This document shows, piece after piece, positions 29,600-42,150 of a DNA stretch of 64,000 nucleotides. Made by a program: the position numbers and the translations under genes. This DNA comes from Eledone cirrhosa. Taxonomy: Eukaryota. The notes under the pieces were generated by a model. It searched no databases, was not told where the DNA came from, and saw nothing but the letters and a program-made list of their open reading frames with translations. The DNA is taken from NCBI GenBank assembly GCA_964016885.1, contig OZ024743.1, positions 90,396,001-90,460,000 of the forward strand, read 5' to 3'. The first letter of the stretch is position 1, and each line of letters begins with the position of its first letter.

Positions 29600-32085
29600 T
29601 AATAATGAAAATATTGTGTAGTGCTCAGGTGCACTACAACTCATCAAAAGTGTATGTATAGTACATAGGGTAATGTACAAACATCAGGAAAATGAACAAT
29701 GCATGAGTCATGATATACACGTGTGCATGTGTATGGAAGGGGGACATCAGGTATAGTTTTTGCGAATTTCGGTAGCATGAGGGTTTTAAAGGATGCAGCG
29801 TCTCGGCAGCTAACAACTGACACAGGCAGTTTGTTCCATGCTTCAGCAACTCTAAGCGTGAAAAAATGTTTCTGAAAGTCATGGGAGCTGTGCTGTTTTC
29901 TGACTTTGTAGGCATGTCCACATGTGTTAGACACATGGAGATCAAAAAGGTGCTCAGGGTTGTTGTTGGGGAGATGGTTAATAACTTTGTGGGTGTTTAC
30001 CAAGTCCATTGCCAGATGTCGGAGCTTCACTGAATCCATGCTCAGGGAAGCAAGGCTTTCAGAGTATGATAGGTGTCTGATGGAGGGTATGCGCTTGGTT
30101 GCACGTCTCTGAACAGTTTCCAGGAGAGATAGGGTTCCAGACTGATGATGCAAGATAGGGGTTCCAGACTGATGATGCAAATGCTAAGTGTGGTCGTACC
30201 ATAGCTGTATACAGCTTTAAATAGATGGCTGGAGAGCGGCTAACAAAGGTCTTGCTGAGCGATGCCAAGACACCCTCGGCCTTCTTGACAATTTTAGAGA
30301 TGTGCATTGTCCAAGGCAAATCGCTGCTGACAGTAATGCCCAGGTCACATTCACAAGAGGACTTCTTGATATCAGTGTTGTGGAGGGAGTATGTGGACGC
30401 TGGATTTTTCCACTCAAAATGCATGGTGGTACACTTGTCCACAGCTAGCTTCAGTTGCCAGTCTGTGATCCATTGCTGCATTGTGTCCAGGTCTGATTGT
30501 AGGAAAGAGTTATAGATTTCAGGATCTGTCCTTTTGATTTAAAGGTACAGCTTGATGTCATCTGCATATTTCAGTACCGTGGCATTCTTTAAGTTGGCAT
30601 CTATGTCATTAATGTATGCAATAAACAAAATGGGACCAAGAACAGATCCCTGTGGTACACCAGATGACATCTCATATGGTGAAGAATGCTGTCCTAGAAC
30701 CGTGACCACCTCTTTTCGGCTGAGAATGAAGGATTTCAACCAGTTAAAAAGATCATCCCTCACACCCATTGCAGAGAGTTTTGCCATAAGTCTTTTGTGT
30801 GACACAGAATTAAAAGCCTTAACGAAGTCAAGGTAAACAACATCCACCCATGAGCCGCTGTCAGTGATCCGGGTAATGTCTTCAAGGAACTCAATAAGCT
30901 GATCACAGCAGCTGGAGTTAGGGATAAATCCAAATTGCGAGGGCTGGATGTAGCTGTGAGAGCTCCAGAAGTTCCAAAGTGTTTCTCTGACACAGGATTC
31001 CATCAGTTTGGCAATGCAGCTAGTAAGACTGACTGGACAATAGTTGACAGGTGACGTGCAGTCACCCTTTTTGAACAGGGGAATGACACTGGCTGTTTTC
31101 CACTGCTCCGAAGTAGCACCATTGTTGAGACAGTATTGAAAGAAGAAAGAAAGCTGGTGCAAAAGGAAGTACCCGCCACGTTTGAGAAGCAGGTATGTAA
31201 CACCATCAAGACCAGGGGAGGTATAGTTGCGCTTATTCTTAAGGTGACGTCGCAGCATTGGAGGTGTAAATTCCATAGTTGTTATGGAATTTGATGTTAG
31301 AGATGGTGGAGATGGTACATTCTAGTTTTCAACAGTAAAAATGCTTGCATAGCACTCAGCAATGAGTTCTACGCATTCTTTGGGATCGTCAGTGATCTGG
31401 CTTGTGTGGGGATTGCGAAGAGGACCAACTGGAGAGTGAAGTCTCTGCTTTGAATGTACATATTTCCAGAACACCTTACTGTCAGGATTGGTTGTTATGC
31501 ACTGTTCAAATTCAAGCACTACCTTTTTTGTCACTTGCTTGAGATGGTTGGAAGATTTATTCCGCTTTTTTCTGTTGGCATCTGATTTATGCAGTTTATA
31601 TTCCCGTTCAGCATTCCAACGTTTTTCCTGGCAAGTCAGACCGCTGAAGTTTCCCAAATTGCACTTTTGGGGTGGTTTTTTTTCTGCTTATGTGGCACTG
31701 ATGCTGCACAGCTATCCATATTGAGTCCAGGATGCTCTGGAGTATAGTGTTCACATCTCCAGAGTTATAGAACTCATGCCAGTTTTGGCACTGTAGCTCA
31801 GTGCAGTACAAGTTCCAATCTGCTTTCTTCCAATCAAAGCAAGCAGATTGGAGATGGTTCTGGTTTTTGTTGCTGCCCACAAGAGCCAGATTGGCAATGA
31901 TCATAGCATGATCAGAGTCGCCTAGAGGTTCCTCAGCAGTACAACTGATAACCACTTCAGGAGTAGTAGTGAAGAGCAGATCCAAAGTGTTGTCACCTCT
32001 TATTGGAGAGGTGACTACTTGTGACCAGTTTGAGTCCAGCACTAGCTCAAGGAAATTGTTTGCACTTTGTCACCACACTGCCAAA
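29600..32085 (-). mobile_element. CR1-like LINE, 5'-truncated, decayed ORF2
   Basis: End of endonuclease (LDLLFT...LGDSDH), RT motifs (PVSLTS, QFGF, YLDFVKAF, GVPQGSVLGP, YADD), C-terminal HFFTLRVAEAWNKLP and ATT-type tail; several frameshifts. Confidence 0.95.
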
Positions 32086-32557
32086 GATCAGATTCATTTC
32101 CCACTGCATTCTATATTTAATTTATTGGCTATTAAGCTAATGATTTTTTCTCCCTATTAAGAGCCAAATTTTAATTAATATTTCTTGCCTCACTACATTC
32201 AGAATATAAGCATCCACTTTACTATTACAGGTAATACAAGAATAAAAACCACTAAACAAGATGTTTAAAAGTCTTCTCTGAGCAATCTTCAGTACAAGTC
32301 ACATAAAATGTACAATTCTATTCCCTAATATTGCTAAAACAATCATTCGAAACATTTCAGAATTGCATAAAAACAGATTTAACAACAGCGGTGACATCAA
32401 ACTTAGTTGACCTCGATGGGATTTGAACTCAGAGAGTAGAGAACCAGAACAAATACTGCAAAGCATTCTATCCGACATTCTAATGACTGAGCTAATTTGT
32501 GGCCTTACACTGTGGTTTACAAAAGATGAAAAATAAGTAAATAATATTTGTACACAC

Positions 32558-32720
32558 CAAAATTACTAAGATCCAAACAAAATTTGACATCACTGGCTTT
32601 TTTGTTTAATACGTGTTCATTGCAAATAGCATTGAACATAATAAATACAAGAATTGGTACGACACTCAGTGATACTATAATGACCCATGCTATATTGCAG
32701 ATATAGGTGATAACCATTAG
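32558..32720 (-). CDS. M6: M6/proteolipid coding exon 4, TM3 and loop: LMVITYICNIAWVIIVSLSVVPILVFIMFNAICNEHVLNKKASDVKFCLDLSNF(G)
   Basis: ttatatttcag acceptor, G|gtgtgt donor, 163 nt, phase 0/1; TY..x..W..P TM3 pattern; CLDLSNFG corresponds to the family C.D.RQ[YF]G motif. Confidence 0.9.
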
Positions 32721-32789
32721 CTGAAATATAAATAAAAAGAAACAGTCATAATGACATTGAATTCATCATTACCATCATCATCAAAATCA

Positions 32790-33085
32790 GAAAACAGTAC
32801 AGCTTCCATAACATTCAGAAACATATTTCCATGCTCAGAGTTGCTGCAGCATGGAACAAACCACCTGCCTCAGTTGTTAGCTGTCGGGACACTGCATCCT
32901 TCAAAACTGCCATGCTTCCCAAAATTCGCCAACACTACACTCGATATTCCCCCTCAATACACACACACATCTGTGTGTGTGTGTATATCATGACTCATAC
33001 ACTGTTCACTTTCCTGACATTAGTAAATTATTCTATGTACTATACATGCACCTTTGATGAGTTGTAGTGCACCTGAACACTGTAC
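32790..33085 (+). mobile_element. CR1-like LINE 3' fragment
   Basis: LRVAAAWNKPPASVVSCRD and the 3' tail TTTGATGAGTTGTAGTGCACCTGA shared with 29600-29900. Confidence 0.88.
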
Positions 33086-33490
33086 AGGGCGGTGGATTGG
33101 CAGTATCGGTAGAGAGTCGGACGCCATACTTTCCAGCATAGTTACGTCCCTTTACGGTCTGAGTTCAAATCCCGCCGAGGTTAACTTTGCCTTTCATCCT
33201 TACGGGGTCGATAAAATAAAGTACCAGTAATGTACTGGGTAATTGCTGGCCTTGTGCCAAAAAAGTAGAAACAATTATTATTATTATCATCAATGGTGGT
33301 GGATTGGCAGTATCGGGAGAGGCTCTGGCGCCATGCTTTGCAACAAATAGTTACGGACCTTTATGGTCTGAATTCAAATCCCGCCGAGGTTAACTTTGCC
33401 TTTCATCCTTACAGGGTCGATAAAATAAAGTACCAGTAATACACTGGGATAATTGCTGGCCTTGCGCCAAAAAGTAAAAACAATTATTAT
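33086..33490 (+). mobile_element. Two tandem Deu/Nin-type tRNA-SINE copies (33086-33283, 33292-33490)
   Basis: GGCGGTGGATTGGCAGTATCGG head, GTTCAAATCCCGCC B-box, GCCTTTCATCCTTACGGGGTCGATAAAATAAAGTACCAG core, (ATT)n tail. Confidence 0.9.
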
Positions 33491-34575
33491 CATCATCATC
33501 ATCGCTTTATGTCCTTTTTCCATGCTGTCATATGTTGGATGGAAAGGGGCGAACACAGTCTGAAACTAGACTGGTCTGAGAATTACACTACTCGTACTTT
33601 CCAGTTTTGGCATGGTTTCTACAGCTGGTTGCCCTTCCTTAAGCCAACCACCATACAGCATGTACTGGGTATATTTTATTGTGGCACCATCACTGCTACT
33701 TTACAATGTGCATTTTATTCTGGCACCAAAACCACTACTTTACAGAGTGTACTGGGTACATTTTATTGTGGCACCATCACTCCCACTTTACAGAGTGTAT
33801 TGGCTGTGTTTTATTATGGTACCATCACTACCACTTTACAGAGTGTATTGGCTGTGTTTTATTGTGGTACCATCACTACCACTTTACAGAGTGTATTGGC
33901 TGTGTTTTATTATGGTACCATCACTACCACTTTACAGAGTGTATTGGCTGTGTTTTATTGTGGTACCATCACTACCACTTTACAGAGTGTATTGGCTGTG
34001 TTTTATTATGGTACCATCACTACCACTTTACAGAGTGTATTGGCTGTGTTTTATTATGGTACCATCACTACCACTTTACAGAGTGTATTGGCTGTGTTTT
34101 ATTGTGGTACCATCACTACCACTTTACAGAGTGTATTGGCTGTGTTTTATTGTGGTACCATCACTACCACTTTACAGAGTGTATTGGCTGTGTTTTATTG
34201 TGGTACCATCACTACCACTTTACAGAGTGTATTGGCTGTGTTTTATTGTGGTACCATCACTACCACTTTACAGAGTGTATTGGCTGTGTTTTATTATGGT
34301 ACCATCACTACCACTTTACAGAGTGTATTGGCTGTGTTTTATTGTGGTACCATCACTACCACTTTTCAGAGTGTATTGGCTGTGTTTTATTGTGGTACCA
34401 TCACTACCACTTTTCAGAGTGTATTGGCTGTGTTTTATTGTGGTACCATCACTACCACTTTACAGAGTGTATTGGCTGTGTTTTATTGTGGTACCATCAC
34501 TACCACTTTACAGAGTGTATTGGCTGTGTTTTATTGTGACACCAGAAAAACAAGCTTACAGAATGTACTAAGTGC
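33488..34575 (-). repeat. RTE-tailed SINE whose internal 48-bp module is expanded to ~19 tandem copies (33650-34575)
   Basis: Unit ACTACCACTTTACAGAGTGTATTGGCTGTGTTTTATTRTGGTACCATC; flanked by (CAT)n tail and GGTTTCTACAGCTGG..GCCCTTCCT motif also seen in reverse at 39240-39410, 41540-41830, 42200-42500 and 55080-55340. Confidence 0.9.
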
Positions 34576-34684
34576 ATTTTATAGCAGCACTACTACCTGC
34601 TTGAAACCATGCATGTTTTATGACAGAAACTTGCTCATAGTTATATTAATACCTTCTATCATAATTTCCTTATTTACACTCTTA

Positions 34685-35130
34685 TTCCTTAGTGAGTCGT
34701 GAGGGCAGTCTTCAAACACTCCTTCCAGTGGTCAGAAGCAACCATCTCCAACTGATCCGGTTGGATCCCAAAGCGAGACCAGCCAAGCTCATAAATATTA
34801 TACAACCATCTTGCTCAGGGTCTATCCCTGGGTCTCCTGCCGGTTTGTTTTGCCAGTATATGTCCAGCGATTCTTTCCTGAGACATTCTAACCACATGGC
34901 CATAGTGTCAGAACTATGATCTCTCTGAATTCAGAGAAGTAGCTGCTCTACCTGGAGTGACTCCTTGATCTCTAAGAGTAACATTACTCTAAAGACTCTA
35001 TTGAGTAACATTACTCTAAAGACTCTATTGAGTAACATTACTCTAAAGACTCTATTGAGTAACATTACTCTAAAGACTCTATTGAGTAACATTACTCTAA
35101 AGACTCTTTGGAGGAACTCCATTTTGGCCA
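34685..35130 (-). mobile_element. RTE LINE 3' fragment with an internal 27-bp tandem expansion (~5 copies, 34976-35108)
   Basis: Homologous to 25830-26190; unit GAGTAACATTACTCTAAAGACTCTATT. Confidence 0.82.
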
Positions 35131-36066
35131 TTTGTATTTGTGATAGTATATTTAAGAAATTTTTGACAAAGTTTGTTATTTTATCAAATTCCTCCAATTT
35201 TTGGCTTATTTGCAAAATTAACTGAAACACAAAGGCAGTGTTTTTTATATTTGAAATATAGTAATTAAATGGTTAATAGTCTTGGCCAAGACTGTCCAAA
35301 GAAAGATATGTATGTATATATGGACTGTAATTACTGATAGAGTTGTAAACCTGGCAGAGGCACACACATCCCCCTTTCCAGGTCTGAACAAAACCAATTT
35401 CTTCCAGAGAAAGAGGGAGAGGGGGCAAGAAAACGTAGCAATAAATAGATATAGAGGAAAAAAATCATCCTAGTACTGAAGAGGTACTTTTTTTTTATTG
35501 ACCATAAAGGGATGAATGTCAAAATTGACTTCAACAGGATTTGAACTCAGAGAGTGCAGTGAGCTGGAACGAATACTGCAAAGCATTCTATCCAATGATG
35601 TTCTAATGACTGCAAATTTATGATCTACAACTGCCGGGGAAACGCCTTCTCTATTCTGTCTGCTGGGACAGCGGGGCAGCCAGTGTGTGGGCTCCCATTT
35701 GCTTATAATAGAGATGGGGAGAGTAAGAGAAACAGAGTCAGTGAGTGAAAGAGAGAGAAAATCAATGCACACATGCACTTGATGAAACATTTATATTATA
35801 ACACACACACTGACAAAAACATAGAGACACACACACAAACTTAGCTTATGTGTTCTAAACTGTACTATCAATTACTGATCTACATAATTCTTTCTCTGAC
35901 TAAATCACAGATTTCAATGCATCTAAAGCCATAAATAAAGAGAATGATGATTAATTGAAATCAACAATTCCAAACTCAATTCATACTAGTATGGAAAACA
36001 TTCACCAGAACTGTAATGATTCAGTTTGGAATCAAACAAAAATATAATTACATATTACACACTTAC

Positions 36067-36226
36067 AAAAAGTGCCGATGTCTGTCCACCCATTATACAT
36101 GTCATCCCAGCATATACTTGGTTCCGTGTTGCACGAGTTACTAGCAAACCAAACAGCAGAAGAAACAGTACATAAAGTGCCATTGCAATTGCAATAACCA
36201 AAAACACATCTTGCAGAGTTTCCAAC
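36067..36226 (-). CDS. M6: M6/proteolipid coding exon 3, TM2 and cytoplasmic loop: (W)LETLQDVFLVIAIAMALYVLFLLLFGLLVTRATRNQVYAGMTCIMGGQTSALF
   Basis: tttttttttag acceptor, gtaagt donor, 160 nt, phase 2/0; matches the invertebrate M6 motif G.L.TGATR...Y....C..GG. Confidence 0.92.
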
Positions 36227-36269
36227 CTAAAAAAAAAGTAATAAAACAATGTATATACATATATATATA

Positions 36270-36651
36270 TGTAGTGACCTACATTCCGCGGGCTCACATA
36301 CATTCTCTGTGCGTGATTTGGCTCAGCCAATCAACGGCAGTAGAAGAGGATGTATCCCTACGCGCCCTGAGGGAGAAATTCCCCGCGAAGATTTGAAGAA
36401 TCTCTCTCTCGCACCCGGAACTTCGAACCAGCAACACATACAACATGTGATGGTGAGATTTTGCACTTTGGCCTGCCGGCTTTCCTTGGGCCTGGAACAA
36501 TGGTACATTCTCTTTTGTAACCTCATTTTATGTGTAACTTCAACCATACAAGTTAACAAACATTATTTGTGCTACAACAAAAATAAACATACATTTCATC
36601 TCTAATTTCTGCTGTTGACATCATTATTATGTTACTCGTGTCTCAATAACA
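36270..36651 (+). mobile_element. Probable solo LTR
   Basis: TGT...ACA termini, ~380 bp, GC-richer than its flanks, CCAAT and AATAAA inside, inserted in a TA tract; no clean TSD. Confidence 0.45.
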
Positions 36652-36679
36652 TTTATATACTATGCTGCTAAATATATAT

Positions 36680-38525
36680 AAATCAGGATGTTGTTAGAGA
36701 TAAATGTGTCCGGAATGATGCCAGTGTACTTAGTGTCATGAATGATCAGAAAAAGGAGGCCTGGAAATGTCATTATGAGAGACTGATGAATGTGGAGAAC
36801 GAATGGGAGAGAGAAATTACCCTCAGTAGATCCGACAGAGGGACCAGCTATTGAGATTGACGAATATAGGGTCCAAGAGGCGATTAAAGAAATGAAAAAT
36901 GGTAAGGCTGCTGGACCACCGGGGATAGTTGCTGAGATGCTAAAGGCATCAGGGGACATAGGCACTAAACTGGTTGCACGCATCACCAATCAGGCTATAT
37001 ATGGTGGTGTCATACCCAAAGACTGGTGCAGCAGTATTCTCATAAATTGCTACAAAGGTAAAGGGGGTGCTCTGGAGAGGAGCAATTATAGGGGTATAAA
37101 ACTGATGGATCAGGTTATGAAAGTAGCAGAAAGGATATTAGCCCAACTAATTAGAGAACGGGTCAAACTAGATGAGATGCAGTTTGGTTTTGTGCCTGGG
37201 AAGAGTACAACAGATGCCCTCTTCTTGGTGAGACAATTACAAGAGAGCTTCTAAGAGAAAAATAAGCCACTATACTTAGCCTTTGTTGACCTAGAGAAGG
37301 CCTTTGATAGGGTACCCCGATCTGTCATCTGGTGGTCCCTAAGGAAAGGCTTGTGAGGACAGTGCAAACTTTGTACAGAGGTACTGTCAGTAAAGTCAGG
37401 GTAGGAATGGAGTTTAGTGAGGAATTCCAGATACAAGTAGGAGTACATCAAGGTTCGGTCCTCAGCCCGCTCTTGTTCATTATAGTCCTCCAAGCCATAA
37501 CAGAGGAGTTTAAGACTGGCTGTCCATGGGAGCTTCTCTATGCTGACGATCTGGTTCTTATAGCAGAATCAGTAGAGGAGCTAGAGAATAAATTCTGGCT
37601 ATGGAAACAGCAGTTGGAAACAAGAGGACTGAGAGTGAACCTAGCTAAGACAAAAGTGTTGATGAGTAGAAAAGAGGACAAAACTCTGATTCCGTCAGGG
37701 AAATGGCCATGTTCGATATGCAGAAAAGGAACTGGCATAAATTCTATAAAATGCACACAATGCAGATCTTGGGTACACAAGAGATGTAGTGGGATAGCAG
37801 GCAAACTAACAGGTAGGGAGAAATACGTATGCAGTAGATGTACAGGGAAATTAGACAGTAGAAGTCGCATTGATAGACACATTTTTCAAATGCAGGCGGG
37901 TGCTATAGAAGTGGTGGATAACTTCCGGTACCTCAGATTAGCATGGGAGGGGGGGGGGGGGTCCAAGGCCATAATATCTAGAATAAGGACGGGTTGGAAG
38001 AAGTTTAGGGAGCTACTTCCTCTGCTGACAAAGAAGGGTTTCTCCCTGTGTACGAAAGGCCGGTTATATGATGCTTGTGTGAGGAGCGCGATGCTGCATG
38101 GTAGTGAGACATGGGCAGCAACTGCAGAGGATATGCTACAGCTGGAGAGAAATGAGGCAAGCATGCTCCGTTGGATGTGCAATGTCAATGTGCGTGAACG
38201 ACCCAGCATGAATGTGTTGAGAGAGAAACTGTGTCTGAGAGGGATAGAATGTAGTGTACGAGAGAGGAGACTGAGGTGGTATGGACATGTGATGCGCATG
38301 GGGGATGACCGATGGGTGAAGAAGTGCCAGGAAATGCCAGTTGAAGGAAGACGTGGTAGAGGTAGACCATGAAAAACATGGGCGGAGGTGGTGAGAACAG
38401 ACCTCAGATCACTGAAGTTCATGGTGGAGATGACGAAGGACCGTGACAAGTGGAGAGATGGTGTGCTGAATAAGACCCGCCCGACCCTTGCAAGCAGAGA
38501 AAAGCAGACGTATGATGATGATGAT
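36680..38525 (+). mobile_element. RTE-clade LINE, 5'-truncated, with Cys/His (PHD-like) insert after the RT core
   Basis: NYRGIKL, QFGFVPG, FVDLEKAFD, GVHQGSVLSP, YADD, HGSETW and RGRGRP motifs; (GAT)n tail; stop at ~37252 plus a frameshift. Confidence 0.95.
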
Positions 38526-38604
38526 ATATATATATATATAGGCAAAAGGCAAATAGAAATAACAAAGAAATATATTATTAGTTTTATGCTTGATATAGTA
38601 GGAA

Positions 38605-38648
38605 GAGAGTCTTAACGTTTCAGACGCTAGTCCTTCATCAGAAAATAG
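38605..38648 (-). ncRNA. Minimal hammerhead-ribozyme-like motif
   Basis: Minus strand reads CTGATGA-AGGAC-TAGC-GTCT-GAAAC-GTTA; stem I pairing is weak. Confidence 0.45.
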
Positions 38649-38788
38649 AATGAGAAATTAAATAAGTAATAGAAAGATTGAAGAGATAGGCAGGGCAGAA
38701 ACTGAAAAAATATTTTAGAAAAAAATAATAGGTCCATTCATGTTGCCATCTCTTGGAAAACCAATGGTGGCATTTTGTGTATGATAAA

Positions 38789-38831
<43 letters not shown>

Positions 38832-38929
38832 CATAAATTTACACCACCCCCCACACACATACATACACACATACACATGAATACATATACACACAGTTCT
38901 ATGATACAAAGCTGCTTATTTTAAAGTGC

Positions 38930-39415
38930 ATTATCTAGAAGTCGACAGAAGTCGACGGAAGCCGCAGAGTGGGGAGACCCAAGAAGACCTGGGATGAGGT
39001 GATAAAAGCCAACCATAACCAATTACACCTCTCAAAGGAGGTGACACACGACCGTGACCTCTGGCGTCACGCAGTAATACAGAAGACCCGACCCGCCACG
39101 GATACAAGCCGAAGCTGAAGCATATAGACAATATGCCCCCACCCCCTCCCACTGTAAAGTGGTCATGGAAGTGCCACGGCAAAAAAGGACCCAGCCCACA
39201 CTGTAAAGTGGACATGTAGGCGCCACGGAAAAAAGCACCCAGCACTCACTGTAAATGAGGTTGGTGTTAGGAAGGGCATCCAGCTGTAGAAATCAAGCCA
39301 GAATCAGTTCCTGAGCAAGGGAAGGTCAGCCGACCAGACACTGCCCACAACAGGACAACCCGTCTAACCCATGCTAGCGTGGAAGAACGGACATAAAACG
39401 GTGATGATGATGATT
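38930..39415 (+). mobile_element. RTE-tailed SINE-like repeat
   Basis: CACCCAGCAC..CTGTAAA..GGTTGGTGTTAGGAAGGGCATCCAGC modules; tail CTAACCCATGCTAGCGTGGAA...(GAT)n resembling the RTE 3' end; related copies at 41530-41840, 42200-42500 and 54820-55340. Confidence 0.8.
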
Positions 39416-40185
39416 ATCATCATCATTCCAGTTTAATGTCTATTTACCATGCTTGCATGGTTAAGACGGCTTGTCATGTACTAAGGCTAGATTGGTCAGG
39501 TGATCATGTCTTGCTCGTACATTATAATTTGGGCTTGGTTTCTACAGCTGCATGCCCTTCCTAATGCCAAACATTAGCATGTAATGAGAGCATTTTATTG
39601 TGACTTCAGCATTACCACCTCACAGGGTGGAATAGGTTGGGGGGGGGGGGTCATAGTACTTTGCCTTAAAGGGAGGACTAGATGCTTTTTATTGTAGCAT
39701 CAGCACTATTATAATTATCTAAAAACCTATCATAATTTTATGCAAGAACCTGTGTTAAGTTATACTCCAAACACCAACTTAATAATAAAAAAGGTAGTTA
39801 AATTACTAAATCTCACTAGATTCTTATTTTCAAAATTAATTGAAAATCCAAAATAATATCTTTCTTTAGAAATATGATGGAAAATTTAAGGTAAATTTAA
39901 TATAGATATAACTACAGTTTTTTTAATTAGAAGCTTTCATTGAGAAAAGAATGAAGTGTAAACACTTTCAACTACCACAAGGCTTGGTTGGCTTACAAAG
40001 CAGTGGGAAATTTGAAAATATAATCACCACACTGCAGATAACTATAGATAATAATTTTGAAAAATTAGGTAAAGTATCCCTGGAGACAGAAAAATATGGA
40101 CAGAGACACATGTCTACTTTTTTCTAGAGGTTTATTTACCATATTTTTCCTACTGTTGTCTATAGTTATCAAATATTATATGGAA

Positions 40186-40572
40186 GGGCGGTGGATTGGC
40201 AGTATCGTTAAAGAGTCGGACACCATGCTTTGAAGCATAGAGTTACGTCCCTTTATGATCTGAGTTCAAATCCCGCCGAGGTTAACTTTGCCTTTCATCT
40301 TTACGGGGTCGATAAAATAAAGTACCAGTAATGTACTGGGTAATTGATGGCCTTGTGCCTAATATAGAAACAATTATTATATTGGATTGGCAGTATCGGT
40401 AGAGGGTCGGACGCCATGCTTTGCATCAAAGAGTTGCGGCCCTTTACAGTCTGAGTTCAAATCCCGCCGAGGTTAACTTTGCCTTTCATCCTTACGGGGT
40501 CGATAAAATAAAGTACCAGTAATACACTGGGATAATTGCTGGCCTTGTGCGAAAAGTAGAAACAATTATTAT
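40186..40572 (+). mobile_element. Two tandem Deu/Nin-type tRNA-SINE copies
   Basis: Same head, core and tail as 33086-33490. Confidence 0.9.
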
Positions 40573-40763
40573 AGTTGTCTGTATTGTGGCAAATACATTT
40601 TCAAATAAGAGATTAATTATCATTATGCATTTTTCATAAATTATGTTGCCAAATATATGAACATTATACAAATTAACTGACTATTTCAGCTTTATTCTAC
40701 ATCTTGCTTGACATGGGTAGCATTCCTATTGTAATATTACTCTGCGTACAGAATCATCAAGGT

Positions 40764-40810
40764 ATCATTTTCTGATGAGGAGACAAAAATCTCTGAAATG
40801 CATAAAGATT
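40764..40810 (+). ncRNA. Minimal hammerhead-ribozyme-like motif
   Basis: ATCATTTT-CTGATGA-GGAGA-CAAAAA-TCTCT-GAAA-TGCATA-AAGAT: core, stem II, palindromic stem III and bulged stem I. Confidence 0.5.
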
Positions 40811-41993
40811 ATCTCCTGTGTTTTTCTACTCTAGTAAAATCTGCCTTGAATTTATCTTAAAGAATGTACTGGATGCATTTTATCATGACACCAGCACTAC
40901 CACTTTACAGAGTATACTAGGTGAATCTTATTATGGCCCCAACATCACTTCAAGCTAATTGAACACTCATTAACTACACAAAGATAAGCAAATGAGTGAC
41001 CTACATGGTTACTCAGTCTGTTAGAAATAGCACCTAAATTTTTCTCAAATCCCATTCTCTTGTCTTTTATTAAAAATAGTATCAAAATCTCATAGATCCA
41101 ATATTATGTGAGGTAAAGCTTTTACCATGAAAATGTAATAGTAAATATAATAGTATATATAGAGTAATATAAATGCTAAAGGGTTAATACTTTGTTACCA
41201 TATTTCTAATGAAAAACACTGTCTGTATGTTTCAAGTAATTTTGAAAATAATCAGTAATTTGGAGGGATTTAGTAATATGACTAACTTTCTTATTAAGCT
41301 AGCATTTGGAACAAAGATTCTTGCATAAAATTATATGTTTTTAGATAAATATAAACACTGTATTTCTAATGAAAGAAACTGCCTATGATTTTCAAATAAT
41401 TTTGAAAATTATCAAGAATTTGGTGGGATTTAATGATGTAACTAACTTTCTCATTATTAAGCTGGTGTTTGGAAGATGACTTAACGGAAGTTCTCAGATA
41501 AAATTACAATGGAAGGTTTTTAAAATAAATATAATGGTGACATGACAAAAAGCCCCAGCCCACACTGTAAAGTGGTTGTGTAGGTGACATGGCAAAAAGC
41601 ACCCAGCCCACATTGTAAAGTGGTTGTGTGGGTGTCACGGCAAAAAGCGTCCCGCCCACTCTGAAAAGTGGTAGGCTTTAGGAAGGGCACCCAACCATAG
41701 AAACCAAACCAAAATCAGTTCTGTATAAGTAAGGCGCAGTCATCTAATCTGGCATGTCTCACAACAGGATAGCTCATCTAACCAATGATAGCGCAAAAAA
41801 TGGACATTAAATGGTGCTGATGATGAAGATGATGACAATGATAAACATTTAAAAATAAGCAGTTTTGTATCATAGAACTAAGACTGGTTTGGTATCAAAA
41901 ATGTTAAAGAACCTCTAGAACAAAAATATCAATGCTGTTAATAAATAAAAATTACAGAGGAACTAAAAAAAAAATGAAAGTAAGGTTTCTTAC

Positions 41994-42150
41994 CAATTCA
42001 ATCTGTAATGAAACAAATCTTGAAATATGGATACTGTGAAGATGCTCAGCGCTTTATACATAGTACCAGCAAACAGTGAAATACTAATGATGCCAATAAT
42101 AGCAGCTATTAACGAAGCATATGGAACAGCATTCAATTTAGAAGAGTAAC
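41994..42150 (-). CDS. M6: M6/proteolipid coding exon 2, TM1: (G)YSSKLNAVPYASLIAAIIGIISISLFAGTMYKALSIFTVSIFQDLFHYRLN(W)
   Basis: tttcttccag acceptor, gtaaga donor, 157 nt, phase 1/2; VPYASLIA is the PLP/DM20/M6 signature. Confidence 0.93.

Noticed and set aside
33509-34702. 397/319/286-aa repeat proteins (including a His/Trp/Cys-rich frame)
   Set aside because: All three frames are open only because the 48-bp SINE-derived unit lacks stops; antisense and intronic to M6; no splice or start support
37538-38545. Long minus-strand ORFs opposite the RTE element (also 29270-29680 and 30225-30836)
   Set aside because: Antisense shadows of LINE ORF2
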